DNA from: an uncultured Thermococci archaeon
Lineage (GTDB): Archaea > Methanobacteriota_B > Thermococci > Methanofastidiosales > B48-G16
DNA length: 64,000 bases
Direction: 5' to 3'
NCBI GenBank assembly: GCA_964595645.1
Contig: CAZQQT010000001.1
Span: 224,001-288,000, forward strand
Below are positions 57,988 through 64,000 of this stretch, in pieces. A program made the translations under genes and the position numbers. Under the pieces are notes generated by a model. The model was not told where the DNA came from. It saw nothing but the letters and a program-made list of their open reading frames with translations, and searched no databases. The first letter of the stretch is position 1, and every line of letters starts with the position of its first letter.

Positions 57988-59361
57988 TCACCCGAATATA
58001 ATTGCTCCTTTTTTAAATCGTATCTTTGGCCCGCCTGAGGAGACAAAGGCTTCCTGTCCCTTACCACATCTCCCTTGTCCAAATTCTATTTCTTTCCCTA
58101 CCCCTGTGATGTATTTCAATGCGTCCACTGCCATTCCAGAGATAGAGGTATTCTTTATGGGATTTCCTACTTCTCCGTTGACGATCTCATACCCTTCCTG
58201 AATACCTACCTGGAATGAGGAGTTCAGCTGGGCCTGTCCACCTCGCAGATCAACGCAGTAGTACCCCTTCTCTATTCCTTCGAACAACTCTTCTTCCTCA
58301 AAGTTTCCCTTCTCAAAGTACGTATTTCTCATGCGTATGAGCGGTGAGCTTCTCCAGCTCTCAGCTCGGGCAGCACCCACAGGCGGCATATCTGTTTTTT
58401 TCGCATACTCCCTATTGGTAAGAAGTCCATTGAGAACAGAGTCTTTTATTATCTCAACCTTTTTCGCCTTCACACCTTCATCATCGTACACTGTGTTTCC
58501 GAACCCATTGGGAACAACGTTGTCAACCATAGTAATCGGAGGTTCCTCACTTGCTACTACCTCCCCTCTCTTCCCGTTGAATGATGAGGTTACTGTTAGA
58601 TCTGCTTCAGAAAGATGGCCGAGCGCCTCGTGCGCGAGTACCCCTACAACTCGTGGCCCGAGTACACACTCAAAACTTCCCTGTTCCACCTCTTCTCCTT
58701 GAAGCTGCATCATTGTTCTATTCCCTGTCCTATTCACTATATTTTCATTTGTTTCTTCCTCAAAGTACTCGAATCCCTTTGTTACCGATCCGATCTCATC
58801 TCTCACCGAGGTGAGCTGCCGGTCCTTCTTTCCGGTAATCCAGCAGTAATTCCACACGTAGGAGACATTCTCGATAAGTTCCGTCCCTTCATTGGTATAG
58901 ATGTATTTTTTTCCATCTCCGTCCCTATAGCTGACGGAGACTGCCTTAATGTTTGAACTGTACTCTTTGAATTTCTCATAAAGATCGGTCATTCTTCCGA
59001 TTTTCTCTTCTACGGGTACGGAGGTTGGAGGTCTTTCCGTCTTTTTTGTTACAGTGTCCTGTACAGGAGGTACTGTTGCAAGTTTTATTTTGCTTTTTCT
59101 TTTTTTTGCCGCACATCTTGCGAGAGAAAACGCATCTTTCACACCCTTCTGAATATTTCCAATGTTGCAGGACACAAACCCCCATGCGCCGTTTTTCAAC
59201 ACACGTATTGCGGCACCTAGTTCATTTTTTTGATTAAGTGTGTCAATACGACCATCAGTGAGTCCTATATATGTCAGATCGATGTCTTCTACCCGTATTT
59301 CACAGTAATCAGCGCCAAGATCGTCTCCGTGTGTGATTCCTTCTTTTATCGCGTGTTCCAT
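57988..59361 (-). CDS. tldD: TldD family metalloprotease
   Basis: HEALGHLSEAD, YDDEG, RMRNT, CGKGQ. Confidence 0.92.
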   Translation of the reverse strand: MEHAIKEGITHGDDLGADYCEIRVEDIDLTYIGLTDGRIDTLNQKNELGAAIRVLKNGAWGFVSCNIGNIQKGVKDAFSLARCAAKKRKSKIKLATVPPVQDTVTKKTERPPTSVPVEEKIGRMTDLYEKFKEYSSNIKAVSVSYRDGDGKKYIYTNEGTELIENVSYVWNYCWITGKKDRQLTSVRDEIGSVTKGFEYFEEETNENIVNRTGNRTMMQLQGEEVEQGSFECVLGPRVVGVLAHEALGHLSEADLTVTSSFNGKRGEVVASEEPPITMVDNVVPNGFGNTVYDDEGVKAKKVEIIKDSVLNGLLTNREYAKKTDMPPVGAARAESWRSSPLIRMRNTYFEKGNFEEEELFEGIEKGYYCVDLRGGQAQLNSSFQVGIQEGYEIVNGEVGNPIKNTSISGMAVDALKYITGVGKEIEFGQGRCGKGQEAFVSSGGPKIRFKKGAIIFG

Positions 59362-59421
59362 TCGATCACCAAAAGTAGGATTGTTGTGCTTTTTACTTCT
59401 TTCTGTCTCTAGAAAAAAGCG

Positions 59422-59796
59422 TTAAAGGAGGGTCAGCCCACCTATGCCGATGGCAGCAGCGATGATTCCAACGATCACCTGAGCTATCACCATGAATATC
59501 CACGCAACTATTGCCTTACCCCAGGAGGTGGCGTACACGTATTTTATCACAGCTACTTGAGCCAAAACCCCTATTACAGTGCCTACTGTACCACCGATAC
59601 TTCCTAAGAGGATTGCGAGTATGAGCATTAAGATAACTGCTAACACAGCATTTCCCAGTGTCCGTTTTCTCCTATCAACGCCTGCTACTTTCACGCCGAA
59701 CCAGATAAAGAGCGATGCAATTACCAGCGCAAGAACAGCCACTATAAGAGCGCCTACAAGACTAAGCCCTGCCAATCCTAAGAATCCAATTGCCAT
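59422..59796 (-). CDS. Small multi-pass membrane protein
   Basis: 124 aa almost entirely hydrophobic, KYVYATSWGKA motif. Confidence 0.7.
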   Translation of the reverse strand: MAIGFLGLAGLSLVGALIVAVLALVIASLFIWFGVKVAGVDRRKRTLGNAVLAVILMLILAILLGSIGGTVGTVIGVLAQVAVIKYVYATSWGKAIVAWIFMVIAQVIVGIIAAAIGIGGLTLL

Positions 59797-59874
59797 GATG
59801 GGTATTGGAACGATCTTTTAAAAAAGTATCGATAAAGAGAAAAGGTATTTATATCTCCAATTAAAGCTTTTTTC

Positions 59875-60627
59875 ATGCTGTTAAAAGAAATAGTGGCATA
59901 TCTCGATGAGTTTCTCGATGTGAATGCCATCGATGACTCATGTAAAAATGGCCTTGAAATCGGTGGGAAGGAAGAAATAAAAAAGGGAGGATTTGCCGTC
60001 GATGCATGCCTGGAGAGTGCACAGAAGGCTGCACTTGCGAAATGTGATCTCTTGGTAGTACATCATGGGTTATTCTGGGAGAGTATTGGCGCCCTCACAG
60101 ATCTGTTGTATAAAAGAATAAAAGAGATGATAAAGAACGATATTGCATTGTACGCCGCACATTTGCCCCTGGATATCCATCCCAAAGTCGGTAACAATGT
60201 ACAACTGGCGAATTTACTCGATCTTTCAGTGGACAAAACATTCTGTGATTACAAAGGCCATGATATTGGCGTGATATGTGAGAATAAGACGAACTTTGAC
60301 GAAATTTTGGATAGATTTCGGAGACATTTCCCTGTAAGGTACATAAAGTGTACCGATACGGCAGAAAAGGTGGGAATCATCACCGGTTCAGGAGGGAGGG
60401 GGATTCCCGAGGCAGTAGAAAAAGGATGCGATACTTTTATTACAGGAGAGCTGCGGTACCAGGAATATCGGATGATCGACGAGTATGAGATAAACATCAT
60501 CTGTGGCGGACACTACGCGACGGAACAGGGGGGTGTCAAAGCACTCATGGATCATCTCCAGAAGAAATTTCCGATTGAATGTGAATTTCTAGATCTAAAG
60601 GAGATAGAATGGACAATGAAGAAATAA
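59875..60627 (+). CDS. Nif3-like (YbgI/DUF34) dinuclear metal protein
   Basis: NGLEIG, VHHGLFW, AAHLPLD, ITGE, GHYATE. Confidence 0.93.
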   Translation: MLLKEIVAYLDEFLDVNAIDDSCKNGLEIGGKEEIKKGGFAVDACLESAQKAALAKCDLLVVHHGLFWESIGALTDLLYKRIKEMIKNDIALYAAHLPLDIHPKVGNNVQLANLLDLSVDKTFCDYKGHDIGVICENKTNFDEILDRFRRHFPVRYIKCTDTAEKVGIITGSGGRGIPEAVEKGCDTFITGELRYQEYRMIDEYEINIICGGHYATEQGGVKALMDHLQKKFPIECEFLDLKEIEWTMKK

Positions 60628-62231
60628 CGGAAATATTTTACGAGATATCCAAGATTTTAGGATATAAAGGAGAAACGTTTAAGAGTAGAGCGTACCGACG
60701 TGCTGCACGAAATCTTGAAAGTATAGATGACCTACAGACGTACTACGAAAACGATGAACTTGAAAGAATACCAGGGGTTGGGCGGCACCTCGCCAAAAAA
60801 ATAAGGGAATACTTCGAAACAGGGAAGGTCTCCTACTTGGAAAAGGTAAAAAAAGAACTTCCAGAAGGAACGGAAGAACTCCTTTCAGTGCCCGGTATCG
60901 GTCCAAAAACGGCTTCACTCCTTCAGAAAGAACTTCATACCCATTCATTAGATGATCTAGAAAAAGCGATAGAACATCATGAGATAATGAAGCTCAAGGG
61001 GGAAAAAACAGAAAAAAACATAGCGCACGGATTGAACCTTCTGAGAACAACGAGAAAGAAAATTCCTTTGGATGAAGCGTGCAATCTTGTAGAAGAAATC
61101 TCAGGTATTGTGGGAGAGTGCCGTGTTGCGGGGTCCTTCAGGAGGAGAAAGGAGACCGTCGGTGACCTCGATATTCTTGTTACTGACATCGATGAAGAAG
61201 TATTACAAGATTTTGAGATACTTGAACGTGGAGAAAGGAAGATTACGACGCTCTATAAGCATGTGCAGGTGGATTTTCGGATAGTGAATGAACACGAGAT
61301 GGGATCCTCTCTTCAGTACTTCACAGGGAGTAAAGGCCATAATATAAAATTGCGGCGAATTGCACAAACTAAAGGCTACAAACTGAACGAATACGGTCTC
61401 TTCGAAGGAGATACGAGGATCGCTACGAGTGAGGAACGTATTTATAACAAACTTGGGATGGACTGGATCCCTCCCGAGCTGAGAGAAAATAGGGGCGAGA
61501 TGGAGGCAGCGTTAAAAGGTGAGCTTCCAGAACTGGTAAAGAAAGAGGATATAAACGGGGATCTGCATATACACTCAAAGTGGAGCGGCGATGGGATGGA
61601 TACTATTGAAGATATAGTTAAAAAAGCAAAAGAATTAAGTTATGAATATATTGCTATTACAGATCATTCTCCCACCATCCCAGCACATATCGGTATGGAT
61701 GAAGAAAAGTTCTACGAGCAGTGGGACATTCTAGAGAGTTACGATACCGTTCTGAAAGGCGTGGAATGCGACATATTGAAGGATGGAACGTTGCGCTTTG
61801 ATGACACCATCCTCAAAAAGGCCGATCTCGTGATTGCGTCCGTCCACGAGTACGTTCCCACCACAGACACAGTGCTCACGGCAATGGAGAATCCGCATGT
61901 GGATATACTTGGCCATCCAACGGGACGATTTATGGGAAGAAGCGAGGCGTACAATCTCGATATGGAAAAAGTATTTGCAAAAGCTGTAGAAACACGTACT
62001 GCTCTTGAAATAAACGCAAATCCAAGACGCCTCGATCTTCGGGATTTTTACATTAAAAAAGCAAAGGAATATGGAGTAAAATTTTCTATCGGCACGGATT
62101 CGCATAGCGTTGATGATATGGAAAATATTATTTTTGGCATATATAATGCACGCCGCGGCTGGACCGAGAAGAAAGATATTTTAAACTGTATGAGCTTAGA
62201 GGAGTTGAAGCGGTATGTTCATCGTGTTTGA
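60609..62231 (+). CDS. polX: DNA polymerase X with PHP exonuclease domain
   Basis: AYRRAA, GIGPKT, GSFRR..GDLDIL, YFTGSK.HN, DLHIHS, ITDHS, HPTGR, GTDSH. Confidence 0.93.
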   Translation: MDNEEITEIFYEISKILGYKGETFKSRAYRRAARNLESIDDLQTYYENDELERIPGVGRHLAKKIREYFETGKVSYLEKVKKELPEGTEELLSVPGIGPKTASLLQKELHTHSLDDLEKAIEHHEIMKLKGEKTEKNIAHGLNLLRTTRKKIPLDEACNLVEEISGIVGECRVAGSFRRRKETVGDLDILVTDIDEEVLQDFEILERGERKITTLYKHVQVDFRIVNEHEMGSSLQYFTGSKGHNIKLRRIAQTKGYKLNEYGLFEGDTRIATSEERIYNKLGMDWIPPELRENRGEMEAALKGELPELVKKEDINGDLHIHSKWSGDGMDTIEDIVKKAKELSYEYIAITDHSPTIPAHIGMDEEKFYEQWDILESYDTVLKGVECDILKDGTLRFDDTILKKADLVIASVHEYVPTTDTVLTAMENPHVDILGHPTGRFMGRSEAYNLDMEKVFAKAVETRTALEINANPRRLDLRDFYIKKAKEYGVKFSIGTDSHSVDDMENIIFGIYNARRGWTEKKDILNCMSLEELKRYVHRV

Positions 62232-62802
62232 AGGAATCGACGGATCTGGACTGACGACACAGTCTCGTCTCTTAACAGAGTACCTACAGGAGAAAGGACA
62301 TAAAGCATTTTTGACTAAAGAACCCACCACCAATATCATTGGGGGAGTCATCAGAAATATCTTAAAAGGTTCACCGGAGATAGGACAGGAGGCACTGGCT
62401 CTACTTTTTGCCGCTGATAGAAGTGAACATATGGAGATCATCGAGAACAAGCTTTCAGAGTCGTTTGTTGTCTGCGACCGATACTACTTCTCCAACTTTG
62501 CGTATCAAATGCTCCAGGTGGATCTTGCATATCTGATGGAGATCAATGCACCATTCCTCAGACCGGATCTCACCTTTTTTCTCGATGTTCCTCCTGCGGA
62601 GTGTAAACGACGGATCGATGAGAACAGAGATCACGTGGAGATCTTCGAACACCAGGAGACACTCGAGAGAATACGGGAAAACTATCTCAGAGTCATTGAG
62701 CTCTTCAAAGAGAAAGGATTCACCATTGTGACGGTAGATGGTGACAAAAAAATAGAGAGTGTTCATGAAGAACTCATTACAGAGATAGAAAGATTTATTT
62801 AA
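62215..62802 (+). CDS. tmk: Thymidylate kinase
   Basis: FIVFEGIDGSG, EPT, LFAADR, CDRY, PDLTFFLD. Confidence 0.95.
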   Translation: MFIVFEGIDGSGLTTQSRLLTEYLQEKGHKAFLTKEPTTNIIGGVIRNILKGSPEIGQEALALLFAADRSEHMEIIENKLSESFVVCDRYYFSNFAYQMLQVDLAYLMEINAPFLRPDLTFFLDVPPAECKRRIDENRDHVEIFEHQETLERIRENYLRVIELFKEKGFTIVTVDGDKKIESVHEELITEIERFI

Positions 62803-62847
62803 TTTACTTATTCTATATAAAAATAGCTATGGTAGCAGTACATCCAA

Positions 62848-62879
62848 TTGGACAGTAGTAGTCCAAAGATTTTTATATT
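62848..62879 (+). promoter_or_regulatory. Inverted repeat (putative operator) abutting a TATA box
   Basis: TTGGAC-N7-GTCCAA 62848-62866 followed by TTTTTATATT 62870-62879. Confidence 0.45.
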
Positions 62880-62899
62880 AATATCCTTTCTCTTTTTCC

Positions 62900-63586
62900 A
62901 TGAGCAGACGAAGAGGCATGGATAGTAGAGCAGTTGCCAATGTTGGGATTTTTGCGGCGTTATACACGGTCACTGGCCTTATACCTGCCTTTCCCATCAT
63001 CGGATCCTCACATACCATGAGTTTAAGTGAGGTCCTGAAACCGTTTAATGGGATCTTTTTAAGTCCATTTTATGGAACCTTGGCCACGGGCATTGGTGCA
63101 TTTGTGCTTTCTTTAGTCCGCCCCTCGCTACCATTCGGTCCTGCTTATTTCCTTGTACCTGCAGTGGGGACGCTTCAGGCAGGCTTCCTCGCGTATCGCG
63201 AGTGGAAAAAAGGAGTACTTCTTCTGAGCATACTAATCGGTTTCTGGTATTTTTCTGACACAGGGAGGATTGTCTGGTACTACCCGTACCTTCACCTCGT
63301 TGCGGTGGTGCTTATTCTGATTACGGGAAGGATGCTCCCAAAGTTTTTACATTCACGATATGCAATCCTCTCCCTATTCATTATCTCGTTTTGCGCTACC
63401 CTGACCACCCATCTGTTGGGGAGTATATTTTTCCTCACTATGTACTCACCATCGCCGAGTGTTTTCGAAAAAGTCATATTTATCTATCCTGGAGAGCGGA
63501 TAATCTTCGCAGCGCTTTCCACACTTCTCTGTTATACCGTGCTAAAAGGTGATTATCTTGGTGGAGATAGATGGAAGTTACGGTGA
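62900..63586 (+). CDS. ECF-transporter S-component-like membrane protein
   Basis: VANVGIFAAL (AxxxA-like TM1), P.IG, GIFLSPFYG..ATGIG; about 6 TMs. Confidence 0.6.
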   Translation: MSRRRGMDSRAVANVGIFAALYTVTGLIPAFPIIGSSHTMSLSEVLKPFNGIFLSPFYGTLATGIGAFVLSLVRPSLPFGPAYFLVPAVGTLQAGFLAYREWKKGVLLLSILIGFWYFSDTGRIVWYYPYLHLVAVVLILITGRMLPKFLHSRYAILSLFIISFCATLTTHLLGSIFFLTMYSPSPSVFEKVIFIYPGERIIFAALSTLLCYTVLKGDYLGGDRWKLR

Positions 63587-64000
63587 GGGTGGAGGACAGA
63601 TCCTCAGGACGGCCATAGCCCTCGCTTGTATCACAGGAATAAAGACGCAGATCTTCAATATCAGAGCTCGTCGGGATCCTCCCGGACTTAAACATCAGCA
63701 TCTCACCGCCCTCCTAGCTGCCGGTGATTTGTCCAACGCGTCGATTGATGGTGCAGAGATCGGATCGCGGGAGGTACTGTTCAAACCGGGAGAGATCACA
63801 CCAGGAGGGTACACGATCGATATCGGCACTGCCGGATCGATCACACTGCTTCTCCAGACGTTAATTCCCGTAGCCGCCTTTGCAGACGAAAAGGTTATTT
63901 TAAGGGTGAGGGGTGGAACGAATGTCCGATGGTCGCCCACGATCGAGTATTTTTCAGAGGTGTTCTGTCACTTTCTGAGGGAACTAGGAATTAATACTCA
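63558..64000 (+). CDS. rtcA: RNA 3'-terminal phosphate cyclase (partial, runs off window)
   Basis: Not in ORF track; VEIDGSYGEGGGQILRTAIAL..NIRARRDPPGLKHQH..DIGTAGSITLLLQ..GGTNVRWSP. Confidence 0.93.
   Translation, partial: MVEIDGSYGEGGGQILRTAIALACITGIKTQIFNIRARRDPPGLKHQHLTALLAAGDLSNASIDGAEIGSREVLFKPGEITPGGYTIDIGTAGSITLLLQTLIPVAAFADEKVILRVRGGTNVRWSPTIEYFSEVFCHFLRELGINT

Noticed and set aside
20648-64000. Clp1, RtcA and PolX as one RNA/DNA repair system
   Set aside because: Dispersed over 40 kb in separate operons; no RtcB or ligase in the window

Overview
Archaeal chromosomal segment, inferred euryarchaeal and Thermococci-like (e.g. Theionarchaea/Methanofastidiosa neighbourhood) from the Thermococcales/Methanococcales-type S-layer genes and the rpl7ae-rps28e-rpl24e-ndk-infB-rps6e-eif2g-PIN order. 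It is mostly housekeeping: translation operon, pyrG, pyrF, glyA, tmk, AK6, ipk, gltX, polX, rtcA, Clp1. There is a strong peptide-utilisation signature (Dpp/Opp ABC transporter, three tandem M42/TET peptidases, TldD/TldE, HutI) and an LsrF-like thiolase with a Zn-dehydrogenase. I saw no tRNA, rRNA, CRISPR, transposase, integrase, reverse transcriptase or intein. The most unusual region is a cell-envelope locus (42.8-51.6 kb). It has two tandem Cys-rich S-layer paralogues with alternating near-identical and hypervariable blocks, a four-hairpin covarying repeat array in the leader of the first, a structured intergenic element between them, and three membrane-anchored Ig-like proteins. Other oddities are perfectly identical DNA tracts shared by diverged paralogues (154, 58, 31, 29, 25, 24 and 17 bp, including aIF5B vs aIF2-gamma), an S6e fused to a charged linker and HhH domain, and patchy GATC enrichment. 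All calls come from motif reading by eye; no database search was run.
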